NCBI GenBank assembly: GCA_951406725.2
Contig: OX597816.1
Coordinates: 73,594,001-73,658,000 of the forward strand
DNA: 64,000 bases
Direction: 5' to 3'
Source: Octopus vulgaris
Taxonomy: Eukaryota
The position numbers were made by a program, and so were the translations under genes. This document shows positions 1 to 15,504 of the stretch, piece after piece. Position 1 is the first letter of the stretch. Every line of letters starts with the position of its first letter. The notes beneath the pieces were generated by a model. It made no database searches. It saw nothing but the letters and a program-made list of their open reading frames with translations, and was not told where the DNA came from.

Positions 1-154
1 TGAAGTTTTGATAACACTAAAGAAATTATTCTTCTTATATTTAGGGTACTTGGAGCGCTTGTGAATGTAACCGGGTGTGTCATACGGAATACAGTTACAA
101 GAATATAAAAAATATTAAGGTTCTTTTCAAAGCGACGGTTAAAAGGGAACGTTA

Positions 155-173
155 TGTATATATATATATGTAC

Positions 174-218
<45 letters not shown>

Positions 219-300
219 AGAGCACATTGACAGATAAATAGATGGATATATGAATGGATAGATAGATAGATGGACACAGGGAGAGAGAAAGAGTGATGGT

Positions 301-333
<33 letters not shown>

Positions 334-407
334 TGGTTGGTAGGTAGGTAGGTAGGTAGATAGGTAGGTAGGTAGGTAGGTAGGTAGAGAGATAATTGAA
401 TGGATAA

Positions 408-462
<55 letters not shown>
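155..462. repeat. Compound microsatellite (TA/TG/GA/GATA/GGTA); representative of dozens of such tracts across the window
   Basis: Directly visible tandem di- and tetranucleotide runs; they explain the low-complexity [12 protein letters not shown] ORFs. Confidence 0.97.
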
Positions 463-463
<1 letters not shown>

Positions 464-1006
464 GCATACCGTTATCCAAACAGACGGATTGACAGACATA
501 CAGACATATGTTCATAAGAATGATTAGTGTTTCAATGTATGCAGTCAGCTTTTTAATTTATAATGCTACACGCTTAATTAAGAAGTGATTTCTATTAACA
601 TCACCATCACACCACCCATCATCATCATCATCATCATCATCACCATATCATCATCATCATCGTCGTCGTCGTCGTCGTCACCACTGTAATCAGCAGCTGC
701 AGGTTTAATGTTTTAATTTTGTTAACAATAATAGAAGATACGAAAAAATAATAAAAAAAGAGAAAATACCATAAAAATCAACAAAATATTATTGACGGCT
801 TTTTAATTAAGGATTGGTTTTTAGCCTAATTAATCTACATCCGATTGCTCATATTAGTGTGTATCGATAACCAAACAGCGTGAGTAAGGCTATTGTTGTA
901 CAATGTAAGGTTTAACAATTACTCGGCATGCAAAGATATAGAAACGACAAACACACACGCATGCGTGTATACAGGCAGACACACACACATACACACATCC
1001 ATATGC

Positions 1007-1039
<33 letters not shown>

Positions 1040-1165
1040 TGTATGTATATATGCTCACACAGAAAAAAAAAAACAGAAAAAAACGGTATCTAACAACGCT
1101 TTGTAAAATGTATTACAACTGTATATGTATGTACGTATGTATGTACGTATGTATGTATGTATATA

Positions 1166-1248
<83 letters not shown>

Positions 1249-1499
1249 AAAGAGCAAGAGAGAGAGAGATGCATATATGTGTATATTTTTTAAAATTTAG
1301 ATACATATATATATGTCTAGATATATGTGTGTACAGACGTATGTGTATCACAGTCATATGAATAGAGATATATGATTAACAATACATATATCTGTGTGTG
1401 TATATATATGTACATATATATATGTATATGAATATACATATGTATGTATATATATATATGTATATGAATATACATATGTATGTATATATATATATATGT

Positions 1500-1585
<86 letters not shown>

Positions 1586-1727
1586 TACATACACGGGCAT
1601 GACATAGATGAGAATAGTAATACATGAAAAACAGTGTGATTGATTCTCTTAATTACATTGAACATTGTGTTCATAAGTTTTATAATTATATATATGTATA
1701 AATATGTGTGTATGTGTGTGTGTGTCC

Positions 1728-1770
<43 letters not shown>

Positions 1771-1777
<7 letters not shown>

Positions 1778-1967
1778 TGGAGGGAAACCACTATGTGGAC
1801 ACCCTTATGCTAGAAATAAATCCGCTATTTCTAGCATAAGTGTGTCCACATAGTGGTTTCCCTCTAATATGTATATAATACAATTTTACTGAACCTTCAT
1901 TTTTTTTTTGCTAGACCACTGGTGTGAAATCGATGTTAATTAAAATTAATATCTAATTTCCACCCTC

Positions 1968-1970
<3 letters not shown>
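1771..1970. mobile_element. Short foldback element in (TA)n, Penelope-like terminal remnant
   Basis: 48-bp inverted arms 1771-1818 / 1826-1873 (2 mismatches, 7-nt loop); flanked by (TA)n on both sides; right part resembles the reverse complement of 26860-26920. Confidence 0.6.
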
Positions 1971-2020
<50 letters not shown>

Positions 2021-2144
2021 CGGGGGGTAGATGTGTATGTATACATCTATATATTTCTATATATATACCAATTTATATACCTATTTGTATGTGTGTGCGT
2101 GTGTGTATGCGTGTGTGAGCGTGTGTGTGTATGTTTATTTGTTT

Positions 2145-2287
2145 ATTTTCTCTTATTCCTTTCTGTTGAAGAACGTAGGTTCGAATCTTAAAAGACGTTT
2201 TACACTTTCCCGAGCGTCAAAAAAGTACGCCTGCATGTTGTTCATACACCTGTCTTTGTAATTCGTTTTCCTGTAAATTTCAACTAT
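2145..2287 (+). mobile_element. Dispersed Penelope-like short repeat with degenerate minimal hammerhead motif
   Basis: ctttCTGTTGAa-gaac-gtag-gttc-GAATct-taaaag; same family as 6563-6680 and 37070-37160(-). Confidence 0.55.
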
Positions 2288-2310
2288 GTATGTGTGTGTG
2301 CATCTGTGTG

Positions 2311-2369
<59 letters not shown>

Positions 2370-2370
<1 letters not shown>

Positions 2371-3545
2371 AACTTAGATCACTTGGAAGTGGTTCGGCCA
2401 AAGATCAGCCCAAGCCATATCTAACTTAATTGTACCATCTGATAGGACATGTTAACTCATTTTTAAGTTAACCTTTGTTGTACCATGGCCCATCCGAGTA
2501 GAGAGTTGTTGTTGACTGAGATGTATCCAGGTACAGGGAGCTTGTTTGGTATCCCTTGAAGAAATGTGTCCAGATTTCGTTTGAAATTGATGGGATCTTT
2601 TTCTTCTTTGATTTGTTTTGGAGCACTCTTAAATAGAGTAGGGAAAAGGAAATTGTGCTGCAGTGAATTTATGTTTTTATGTTCCTGTATAGTGTCGGGG
2701 ACGTATGTCAAGTGGCCTCAGCCTTGGATAAATTTTGAACATAATGTTCAAGTTGTTTAGGCAATGCCGTTGGAATATTGTCCATATTAGTTTAAAATTT
2801 GGGACACAAGGCTAACAAGATCGAGGGAGAGAGTAAGTCGATTACTTCAACTCTAGTGCACAACTGACACTTATTTTATCGACCACGAATGCATGAAAGG
2901 TAAAGTCCTCCTCAGCAGAATTTTAACTCAGAAAGTAAAGACGGACGAAATACCGCTAGGCATTTTGCCCGATGAGTTAATGATTCTGCCAGTTCACCCA
3001 CCGCATATTCTCCCTATTGTACAAATGAGATAGCGTTCACGGCGGAGGTGGAAAGAATATTTGAATTCAATGTTTTAGGGCAGTCACAATAATTGAGATC
3101 AGTAATGCTCTTAATTGTTTTGTATTGAATGTTCTCTGGGGTGACTCAATTCTCGTAATGTTTTGTTTGGTGTAGGGGGAGACCACACGGGGCAGTAGTA
3201 TTCTAAGTATGACCGTATAGAGGAGGAGAAGACGGAAATAAGGACATCTTGCTGTCAGGATCAGAAAGTTCTGATAATTCAAGAGCTAATCCTGCGAGCC
3301 ATGTCGACTTTATTGTTAATGTGGACACTCCAACTGAGATTGCTATCAACAATCTCTCCCAAGTCCCTGATATTACTGAATATTGTAAGTACTTCCCCGA
3401 AGGAAGAGGATGTGGTTGTTTGAGGCAGTCTTTGTTCCAAAATGCATCAATTCAAATTTTTCCTCATTTAACCGCAATTTGATTTCGTTTGCCCGTTGGC
3501 TCACAGCATATAGATCAGATTGGGGTTCGGTTTAGTCTTCTCCAT
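2370..3545 (-). mobile_element. Decayed 3' fragment of a CR1-group LINE ORF2 plus 3'UTR, interrupted by a SINE
   Basis: Minus-strand peptides NIRDLGEIVDSNLSWSVHI, LEYYCPVWSP, RRERYLIC, FKRNLDTFLQGIPN..NSLLGW align by eye with the C-terminal third of the 40910-43627 ORF; many stops and frameshifts. Confidence 0.88.
2789..3004 (-). mobile_element. SINE (family B here: ggcgagctggcagaa head, gtcgactttgcctttcatcc core) nested in the LINE
   Basis: Homology to other copies in the window; 14-bp TSD atattgtccatatt (2775-2788) / atattctccctatt (3005-3018). Confidence 0.85.
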
Positions 3546-3549
3546 TATA

Positions 3550-3767
3550 AAATACTTTCATGAGAATAAAAAATGTACCTTCACCGGCCATACACATGCA
3601 AGACAAGACCATGACAATTTCCTGTTAACAGGTACAGCATATAGCAAAAACAAGCAAAAAAAAAGAGGAAGACCTCAAACCAGATTTAGCGAAAACATAA
3701 AAAGAAGATAGTGGCTGACGTTTTGCAGAACTGTGAAGACTGGTACAGGATAGACATGGCTGGAGGG
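3550..3767 (+). mobile_element. RTE-clade LINE C-terminal fragment
   Basis: FTGHTHAR...LLTGTAY...KRGRPQTRFSENIK then shifted LVQDRHGWR, the RTE GH..RGRP..W.D..AQDR..WR tail. Confidence 0.7.
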
Positions 3768-4074
3768 TATTTCGTCTAGCTTTACGTTCTAAGTTCAAAT
3801 TCCGCCGAGGTCGACCTTGCCTTTTATCTTTTCCCCCTTTCCATGGCGTATATATATTCCCCACCTGGACGGGACGCCGATCTGTTGCAGGATTATTCAT
3901 TTTTGCCAGCCAAGTGGACTGGAGCAACGTTAAATGATGTGTTTGCTAAAAAAAATAAACACAATAACCCTACACTTGAGTGGTGCTATTAAGTTCGACA
4001 TGACCTGGGTCAATACTGGCCGTAACCAATCAAAGTATATATATATAGTTAATCCAAACATGAAAGCACAAAAA

Positions 4075-4230
4075 AACACAACAACGTGAGGACGTGGAAC
4101 AAATATAGTATTATTGGACACTCAGGAAAGAAGGAAAGAAGGAGGGTTTAACGTTTCGAGCGGAGCTCTTCGTCGGAAACATAGGAGAAGGAAAGATCCA
4201 GAGAAGGGAAGACAGAGGAAAAAAAATCTT
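4075..4230 (-). mobile_element. Penelope-like short repeat containing a minimal hammerhead variant
   Basis: Minus strand gttt-CCGACGA-a-gagc-tcc-gctc-GAAA-cg-TT-aaac; related copy at 12020-12160(-). Confidence 0.6.
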
Positions 4231-4364
4231 GAAGGATTTTGTCCAAAGATTTCTTGAACTTTATGGGGCTTGTTTCTGCTTTAATGTTCTGCTGTTTTCG
4301 AAATGCTTTCTTCAGTAGGGATTGAACACAGACTTTCGAGTGATCTTATCTCTTTCAACCGTAT

Positions 4365-4522
4365 AGGCGTGCTTGTGTGGTAAGAAGCTTGCTTCCCAAC
4401 CACACGGTTCCAGTTCAATCCTACTGCGTAGCAACTTGGGCAAGTGTCTTTTGATATAGTCTTGGGTCGACCAAAGCTTTGTAAGTGGATTTGGCAAAGG
4501 AAACTGAAAGAAGCCCGTCCTG
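4365..4522 (+). mobile_element. SINE family A (tRNA-like head, internal microsatellite), 5' half
   Basis: gtgtggtaagaagcttgcttcccaaccac..ggaaactgaaagaagcccgt shared with more than 10 copies in the window. Confidence 0.9.
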
Positions 4523-4964
4523 TATATATATATATATATATTATATAAGTATGTATCTGTGTACACACCGACACATATTCACAAACAGCTATATGATCAT
4601 GTTGCCCGCGTTAATATGAGTAGGAAGTTATATATAGAGTATTCATAAGCGAACATTATGCATGTAGGTGTGTGTGCGCTAGTGTGAGCGTGTATATGTA
4701 CTGTGTGTGTGTGTATCCGTGTGTGCGTAAGCACTCTGCTAAAGGCTGTATATAGCCAAAGGGAAGCAAATTACATCAGTCAGATGAAGGCGAGCAAACT
4801 GGAACATTCTTTGTAAATGTCACAAATAATCTACTAAAAAGTATTGGGTGAACCTTGAGTTTAAAGTTAAGTTGTTTTTATATATACATATATATATGTC
4901 TCTGTGTGTGCATTTATATATGTATATATGCGCATATGTATGTATGCATATATATACATATATA

Positions 4965-5055
<91 letters not shown>

Positions 5056-5273
5056 GTATGTATACATATACATATATATATATGTATAAATACATATATA
5101 TATATATATATGTGTTTATATATGTATATATATGCATACATACATATGCGCATATATACATATATATATACATATATATATATATGTGTGTGTATATGTA
5201 TGTATACATATATAATGCATGCATACGTATGTATACATGTATATATATATATGTATATTTATATATATGTATA

Positions 5274-5311
<38 letters not shown>

Positions 5312-6279
5312 TATATATTTGTATGAACGTATTTAGGTACGTATGCAAATGCATGTAAGCGTGTTTATATATAGCTGGTTCGTTCTGAATTTATCTAATG
5401 AAATTGTTGCCAAAAAGGTAATTAAAACATAATTAATTGTGTATGATCATTATTATTATTTGTGTAATGGTGATGGTTTTTGTTGTTGTTGGTGGTGGTG
5501 GTGTTGGTGATGGTGATGGTGGTGGTAATGGTGGTGTTCGTGGTGGTGGTGGTGGTGGTGGTGGTCGTCGTCGTCGTCGTGGCGGTGAAACGAATCATTG
5601 ATGGAAAAGGGCTGGGTACGATCTGTCTCCCACCCGCCCCTATATCACTTCGTCCACATTCTGAGTCCTTTGCGACGGTGAGAGGGAGGCGGTGACAACA
5701 ATGCTCTTTCTTTATGGGTTTTATTTATACATATATATGTTTTTTTTTGTAATCAAGCATTCAATACATCTTGAATACCTTTTCCGGAAATGACGTGTTT
5801 TCATCACCCTAACACGACATCTTTAATTACTCCATCACACGAAACATCATCACCACCACCGCCAACATCATCATCAACATCGTCGTCGTCGTCGTCATCA
5901 ACTCTCTCTCTTTTTCTCTCTTAATCTCTCTCTCTCTCTCTGTCTTTCATACTCTCACTCTGTCTCCCTTTCCCCCGCTCTCTCTGTTTCTCCCTCTCAC
6001 TGTCAACCTCATCAGCATACGCATTATCAAAACATCATCATCATCGCCGTCATGAGTAACCTCATGACCATGAACATCATAATCAGTACTAATGTCGTCA
6101 TTATCATCAGCATCATCATCTTCATTAAGAAGAAGATAAAGGAGGAGGAGGAGGAGGAGGAGGAGGAGAAGAAGAAGAAGAAGAAGAAGAAGAAGAAGAA
6201 GAAGAAGAAGAGAATAAGAAGGACAAGAACAACAACAACAACAGCTACAACAACACCTTCAATGAAAACAGCAATAATA

Positions 6280-6467
6280 ATGGTTTCACATTTTGGCACA
6301 GTTTAGGGGATGGGGATCGAATCGATTACTCCACCTCAGTACGTGACTAGAATTTTTATTTTATTAACACCGTGAAAATGGAAAGCAAAGTTAACAACGG
6401 CGGAAATTGAACTCGGAACGTAAAGAACCGGATGAAATATGCCGCTAAGCATTTTGTCCGATGATCT
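6280..6467 (-). mobile_element. SINE family B, degenerate
   Basis: cggcggaaattgaactcggaacgtaaag..gccgctaagcattttgtccg matches family B reverse complement. Confidence 0.8.
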
Positions 6468-6562
6468 GAAAGGAATTTGAACACTGAGAGGAAAAATCCA
6501 GAACAAATACCGTAAGATTTACCCGCCGACCACTTGACCATGAGAAAGTTATACTGGCTACA

Positions 6563-6680
6563 TGAGCGTAGGCTCGAAACGTCAAAGACTCTTCCAGTCC
6601 TCCCCAAGCGTTAAAATAACGCACCTGATTGTTTTTCCTTCCCCTGTCTTCGTCTTTTGTTTTTTGTAAATTTGAACTAC
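6563..6680 (+). mobile_element. Penelope-like short repeat, 3' half of hammerhead motif
   Basis: gagc-gtag-gctc-GAAA-cGTC-aaag; downstream sequence matches 2190-2287. Confidence 0.55.
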
Positions 6681-6941
6681 ATGGTTCCTAGTTGTAGTTT
6701 TCTATCAGCCTGTGACGTCGTTGGTGTTGAGTGGACAATAAGGAGAAAGGGTATGATAAATTGAATACAGTAGCTATTATTTGCCCGGTTATATGCCGAT
6801 GTTATGCTCCACGGAAGAATAGACAGAAAAGTCCCCAGGTGGATTTGTACTCAGGTTATGAATATATCTAACTGTATACTTAAAACAACTTTTTTTTTAC
6901 CACTTCACCGCCATTTTAATAGCAATATTGAATTGAAGGCC

Positions 6942-7056
6942 AAGGCGACGAGCTGGCAGAAACGTTAGCATGCAGGGCGAAATGCTTAGCGGTATTTCAT
7001 TTGTCTTTACGTCCTGAGTTCAAGTTCCGAAGATGTCGACTTTACCTTTCTACCTG
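6942..7056 (+). mobile_element. SINE family B, 5' part
   Basis: aaggcgacgagctggcagaaacgttagc..ctgagttcaagttccg (A/B-box-like head). Confidence 0.85.
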
Positions 7057-7176
7057 TCGACGTTTAAGTTTGAATGCAAATAGTTATTTACTCAGACATC
7101 TAAACGCAATACTCCCGGAGACAGCCAAGCCAGCACTCAGTACTCAAACGTATGCTTCTAAACAAACACGTCCGCG

Positions 7177-7254
<78 letters not shown>

Positions 7255-7549
7255 CATATACATATATACACATATATATATACATATATATTGTATATAT
7301 ATATATGCCATATATGTATGTATTATGTATGCATGTATATATGAGTATATACTTGTACAAATATAAACATACACTCACAAAGGCACATCTATGCATATAA
7401 TCTATGGATACACATCCGTGTACACACATAGATATTTCGCAATGTACATGTGGTCACACGTATAAACATATACGTGAAAACATATACAAGCATACGCATT
7501 ATGCATTCGCTTGCTATCATATAAAGATGTATATACAGAATTATAGGTG

Positions 7550-7608
<59 letters not shown>

Positions 7609-7756
7609 TTATATTTATATTCATATTTATATATGCGTAGATATGGATCTAACGAGGGATATCGACGTACTGCTCTCTCCGAATACATATAAATGATATG
7701 CCTTGTAAAAGGTTAATGAATATACATTAATATATATGTATGTGTGTATATATACA

Positions 7757-7840
<84 letters not shown>

Positions 7841-8558
7841 TATACACGTATTTACATATTTACATATGTGGATATGTATATATATTTATTATACGCGTAT
7901 AGATATATGTGTACATGAACGTATGAAGGAATGCATGTGTGCGCACACAGACATGTAGATACATAGACACGTGTATGCATTTTTGCATATGCGCGGTCAT
8001 GTAATACATACATACAAGCATATTTGTGTGTGTGTGTGTGTGTGTGCATGCGCGTGTGTGTGTGCATGCGTACGTGTGTAAATGTATACTATGTGACTCA
8101 GTGCGCTTATACACAAGAATTTATATTAATATAAAATAAACACCTATGAATATATCGGAACTTATGTATTTATATACACAAATAGATTGTCATATATATG
8201 TATGTATATATGTGCGTGTACGTGCGCGCGCGCGTGTGTGTATGTACGTATATATATATATATATATATATTGGTAAAAACGGTAAGATAATAAAAGAAA
8301 GAAAGAGACCTCAATATTATGTATATAGAGGAAATATATATATAACAGCTAGATATATATATATATACATATGTACATAGATATATATGTATATACATAT
8401 ATGCAGATATATATATATGCATACAAACATCCATACATATACATACATACTCACTTACATACATACATATGTATATGTATATATACAAAGATACATACAA
8501 ACATGGGTTTGTGTGCTTGTGTGTAAATATACATATATGTATTGAGCAACGTATTTGG

Positions 8559-8630
<72 letters not shown>

Positions 8631-9762
8631 TATATACATATATATACATACATACATATATATATACATATATGTATGTATATATATATATATGCACGCA
8701 CATACATACACACACACATAATTTCGTATACATAATCATACTTAATGAATTCACTATGTAGTCTTAGATACATTTATCCATATATGCATGTTTGAATGCA
8801 CGAGTTACATAAACGTGCTGTCTGGTTTGCGTGTTTTTCTGCTGTTATTTGTTCGTATGTCCACATACACCCATACATATATTCATTCTTTCGTACATAT
8901 ATTTATACATTACAATTGTGTGTATACGTGTATGTGTGTGTGTATGTGTGTGTATTTATGTTTGCATGCTGATACATATAAGCGTCTTTGCGCATGTGTA
9001 TTTTCTGTCGATATAATAGTGTGCATAAGCGAGCTCAAGTTTTGCAATATTCAAAGCGTAAACTATTTAATCGAGTATCGACAATACATTTCGAGTAAAG
9101 ACATAGTTATATAGATTGATAGAAAGGAAAGAAAGAGAAAAATGAAAGAAAGAAAGAAAGGAAAAAAGAAAGTGAAGTAGAGAAAGTGTTTGTATATGTG
9201 TATGCGAACGAGAAAGAGAAAGAGAAGGAGAACGAAAGAGAGTGTGAGATCTATTTTTCCTCTTTCCCGTTGCAGACGCCATCAATCTCTGAAGAGTCGT
9301 TTCTCATTAATACACACTTAATAGCATTTCACAAAGCAGCCTTTACAGGCAGAAATAACATTCTATTGACAACCATCAAAGCCAAATATTCATGATGGGT
9401 GTGCGTACGAAGCAAGTAGATTGGCTATCTTCAGCCCAATTGCTTCACCAAGACTCATTGAATTTTCCAATCCGAACTGTTCGCTCGAAGAAATAGCTTC
9501 TCGTGAGCCTCTTTGCTGTGACGCAAAACAATGGAATATTTTCCCCGAGTGTTTGCATTTTATTCGACCGTAGGGAATGTTGCTTGGCGAGACATTGATG
9601 GTAGTCTCGCGTGATACGCCGTGATTGGCCGAAGCAATGGCGATGAAAGAGAACTATTTGAGGCCATATTAAGCTGAATTTTCTCTCTTTTTCGTACGGA
9701 AAAGGATGGAATTTATTGAAGTTTACAAAGCTTTTGTGAATCAGTATTTTCTGTTTCAGATT

Positions 9763-10560
<798 letters not shown>

Positions 10561-10676
10561 GATGGTGGTGTTGACGATGATGGCAGTGATGACGATGATG
10601 GTCTGGAAACAAAATAAAACAAATACACACATGCACATTAAGGAAAAGAAACAAAATTAATAATATATATGCGTTT

Positions 10677-10727
<51 letters not shown>

Positions 10728-10789
10728 CATACATACATATAAATATATATGTATGTATGTTTGTATGTATGTATGCATGTATGTGTATG

Positions 10790-10873
<84 letters not shown>

Positions 10874-11392
10874 CATATATTTCACCTAGAAAAACTGTGG
10901 AAAGAAAGTAACTAACGACGGTAAAGTTAATCATATGAAAGCGTCTAATGCTGCCAATAAGACGAACATAGCTTTAGAATCAAAATACTTTTAGTGTTCT
11001 ATAATATGAAAGTTTGCCATATTATCTCAAAAACTAGGCAGGATATGCTAAAATATAATTTCCATTTCTTCAGTTTTTTTATGGGTAACTTTTCTATCAA
11101 TATGTTAGTTTGTTTACTTGATATTTTTGTATATTATTATTGTTGTTGTTGTTGCTGCTGCTGCTGTTGTTATCATTACAATTTATATGGGGAAGGTAAC
11201 TCACTTAGTTTGGTAGAAGTCGAATTAGCTATGGAGCCTCGAACATGAAACTCAAGTTGTCGCCGGATAACGTTTTGATCCAGTACATAAAGCATAATAT
11301 TTAGATATATTGAGTGCCTTCTGTTGTTAATCCTGTCGACAAGTCAGGAGTATTTTATGTGTGTGTTTAGTTACCATAGTAATATATAATGA

Positions 11393-11554
<162 letters not shown>

Positions 11555-11732
11555 ATGTTCTTGTAGTAATAAAAATATAGGCGACGGTATGTAATGTATA
11601 CCAAAAGGAAAACTATAACCATCATTTAATATGACTGACGGTGTTAGAAACACTTATATTGCTAGAAATAAAAGCTAAACGTTCTAATGCTGCTACCAAA
11701 GTACATAATTGTATACATACATATATATACAC

Positions 11733-11863
<131 letters not shown>

Positions 11864-11864
11864 C

Positions 11865-11911
<47 letters not shown>

Positions 11912-11942
11912 TATATACATATATGTATGTATATATATGTGC

Positions 11943-11978
<36 letters not shown>

Positions 11979-12019
11979 AATTAATCCCCCCCCCCCCAAA
12001 AAAAAACGAAGAAAAAACA

Positions 12020-12160
12020 ACAAGAAAAAGACAAGGCGAGGACGTGGTACATGCAAAGTATTAGCAAGCGTTCAGGGAAAGAAAGAAAGGTAGCTTTACG
12101 TTTCGAACAAACCTGTTCTTCAGAAAAAGGAGACAGAGGAAAGTCCAAAAGAAAAGGAAG
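12020..12160 (-). mobile_element. Penelope-like short repeat, degenerate hammerhead
   Basis: Minus strand tttCTGAAGAacaggtttgttcGAAAcgTAaag; homologous to 4075-4230. Confidence 0.5.
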
Positions 12161-12162
12161 AT

Positions 12163-12217
<55 letters not shown>

Positions 12218-12381
12218 CATATATATATATATATATGTATATATATACGTGTACATACATACATACATACATACATACATACATACATACATAAATACAT
12301 ACATACATACATAGATACATACATACATACATACATACATACATACATACATACATACATACATACGTATGTACATACATT

Positions 12382-12534
12382 GGCGCAAGAGTGGCAGTGT
12401 GGTAAGAAGCTTGCTTCCCAACCACATAATTCCGGGTTTAATCCGGAGTAAGTGTCTTCTGCTATAAACTCGGGCTGAATAAGGCTTTGTGACTAGATTT
12501 GGTAGGCGGAAACTGAAAGAAGCCCGTTATACAA

Positions 12535-12592
<58 letters not shown>

Positions 12593-12790
12593 TTGTGTGT
12601 CTGTGTTTGTTCCCCAGCCATCGCTTGATAACTGATGTTGGTGTGTTTACGTACCCCTAACTTAGCGATTCGGAAAAAGAGACCGAGAAACTTACAAAGA
12701 ATAAGTCTCGGAGTCCATTTGTTCGACTAAAAGTGGTGCTCCAGGATGGCCACAGTCAAATGACTGAAACAAGGAAAGCAATAAAAGAAT
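12382..12790 (+). mobile_element. SINE family A, full length
   Basis: Head ggcgcaagagtggcagtgtggtaagaagc, internal (TA)n(TG)n, tail gtggtgctccaggatggccacagtcaaatgactgaaacaag. Confidence 0.92.
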
Positions 12791-12814
12791 ACATACATAT
12801 ACACATACATACAT

Positions 12815-13042
12815 ACGATGAGCTTCTTTCAGTTTCCGTCTACCAAATCCACTCAAAAGACTTTAGTCGGACCAGAGCTATAGTAGAAGACACTTGCCCA
12901 AAGTGCCAAGCAATAGGACTGAACCCGGAACCATGCGGTTGGGAAGCTAATTTCTTACCTCTCATCTGTACTATTGAGATATATTTGTGCCGGTGCTCCA
13001 GCATGGCCGTAGTCAAATGACCGAAACAAGTAAAAGAATAGA
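12815..13042. mobile_element. SINE family A fragments (5' half on -, 3' tail on +)
   Basis: 12815-12960 is the reverse complement of the head; 12990-13042 is the tail cggtgctccagcatggccgtagtcaaatgaccgaaacaagtaaaag. Confidence 0.85.
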
Positions 13043-13466
13043 ATATCAGTTGCAATCACAATCCCAGTCGTGCACTTGAATACAGAGGACGCTAGTACAG
13101 TTACAATGGTATCATCCATACTTCTTTGCAAATAGATGAACTTGAATCTGACATCCCTTCAATTTGGTAACTTAGACCCTTCCAACGGAGCAAAACAGAT
13201 TTGCCAGTATACTAAACTTTTTCCGCTTCGATGGTGACTGCACGTTTGCACAAAACCTTAGATCTCATTGTCGGAAAAATAATGGTTGTGCTTACATCAA
13301 CATTTTTATGTATATATATATATATATTGTTCCATGGATATTCAATGTAAAACTTGCAGAATAATCAAATCAATTTATGCGTTTGTACGCACATATGTTT
13401 GTACACAAGCCCATGCAAACATGCATGCATATCTATACACACACATACACACAGATATAAATACTT

Positions 13467-13511
<45 letters not shown>

Positions 13512-13527
13512 TATGTATATATATACC

Positions 13528-13591
<64 letters not shown>

Positions 13592-13608
13592 TGTATGTAT
13601 ATATATAC

Positions 13609-13707
<99 letters not shown>

Positions 13708-13994
13708 CGTGTTTGTGTGTAATATTTGAATTGAAGTTAGTTCCTTGCTGTGAAAGCACAATAAACGGACTAGCTTGTATAGCATGCTTTGTGTTTGAAA
13801 GCAGTCGTTTAGAGTCAAATATATAAGCTTATCATTCTATGTGTTTTCACAGCTTAAAACAAATAATAGCTCCAATTAATATAATTTAATATACTGTGTA
13901 TTTTAAATTCTATTTATCTCTCACTGGATGGGGTAATTTTTGTTGATCCCACCAATACCAGAACAGTACATTATATATATATCCATTTTGCAAG

Positions 13995-15504
13995 TATATA
14001 TATAAAACTGAGAATGTGTGTGTGTCTGTCTGACTGTTTCCTAAAACTTGAGACCTACACAACCAATTTCATTCAAATTTTACACATGCTTTACTTAGGG
14101 TCCGGCGAGCCAAGAGCGAGCCCATAACAATATCATATTTTCTCCACTATTTCAGTATTACCTGTTAAAAGTGAAACAAAAACATTTCTCTATTTTATGT
14201 CATATACTTTCACTTTAACAATAAAAATTAGAGATAATAATAACAATTGAATTATATATAGTAAGTAATAATAAAAATCAAACTAAAGTATAATATAATA
14301 ATTAAATCGTAACATAACAAAAGTAAAAATAGCAATTGGTATAAAATTGCATCAATTACTTGAAATTGAATAAGTGGTTTCCCATGAATGGGAATAAATT
14401 AAAAATAAAATTAGTGTGCAGAAATGGAATAGTCCAGATGGAGCTGTGCACATACCCTTTACCACGGCTTTTACATTAGATTATCTGCTAATTAGCATTA
14501 AGAATCTATATGAAGTTTGGCTGTATGTAATGTCTGTTTTCTCGAACAGCCGCTTCTACTGAGTACTGCTGTTGGTTTATTTCTTATACATAAAGGACTA
14601 TAGCTTCAACTGCGTACTGCTTTTTGATTCACCGTAAGGTTTGTTGTTATTATTATTACTGTTTAACTATTGTTATCACGTATGTTGGTTCCTCGTAAGG
14701 GAAGCGTTGTTGTGTTGCATTTGTTAAATAATTGTAAACCGTAACCCCCCCCTTTGGGAGAAGGAGCTTTGGTTATTGTTTAAAAATTGAATTGTGTCCC
14801 TGTTTGGGGAAATTGACAATATTTTCACCGGTTATACGGAAGCATTTTTGTTAAAATGGCCTTCGATAGAAGAAAGTTCAAAAAGGAATTTCGCTGCAGC
14901 CGTCGGCGGGCGCGAACTCATTAAAATTAAAATGGAAGAAATACAGACCTCTTTCGGATTGATCACCGAAATTAAAGAAAAGACTATTGTCTATAAAGTA
15001 TACAATGTAGAGAAAAAAAGATTTGAACACCTGGAGGAAAGCACCATTGAAAATTGTCTTGGTGCGACTATAACAGATATCAAGTATCTAACCAGAGGCA
15101 GTAAATTCGCCACAATAGAAGCCAGCTTCGAGTCAACGGAGCGTGCAAAGGAGTACTCGACTCGAACCTTGCAAAGTGGAAATATTTTATTTTTACCTTT
15201 ATATCTGGGACGTAGGACATCCCGGATAAAAATTTAAAATGTTCCCCCAGAAGTAGAGGTAGGCTAGATTGTAGCCACACTTCTATACAAGAGGGAGGAC
15301 AAGATACAATTGATCGAAATTGCTAGAGACGGGCCTACAATTCCAGTCTGTTATATATTTTGAGTATCGTTATCATTAGCGATATCAAGATATAACTTTG
15401 TATTTTGTATTTTATGTGTAGATGTATATATATATAGATGTACATGTAATATGTACACATCTACATGCACTAGCACTATGACCCAGCAATGCTGGGTCAA
15501 AATG

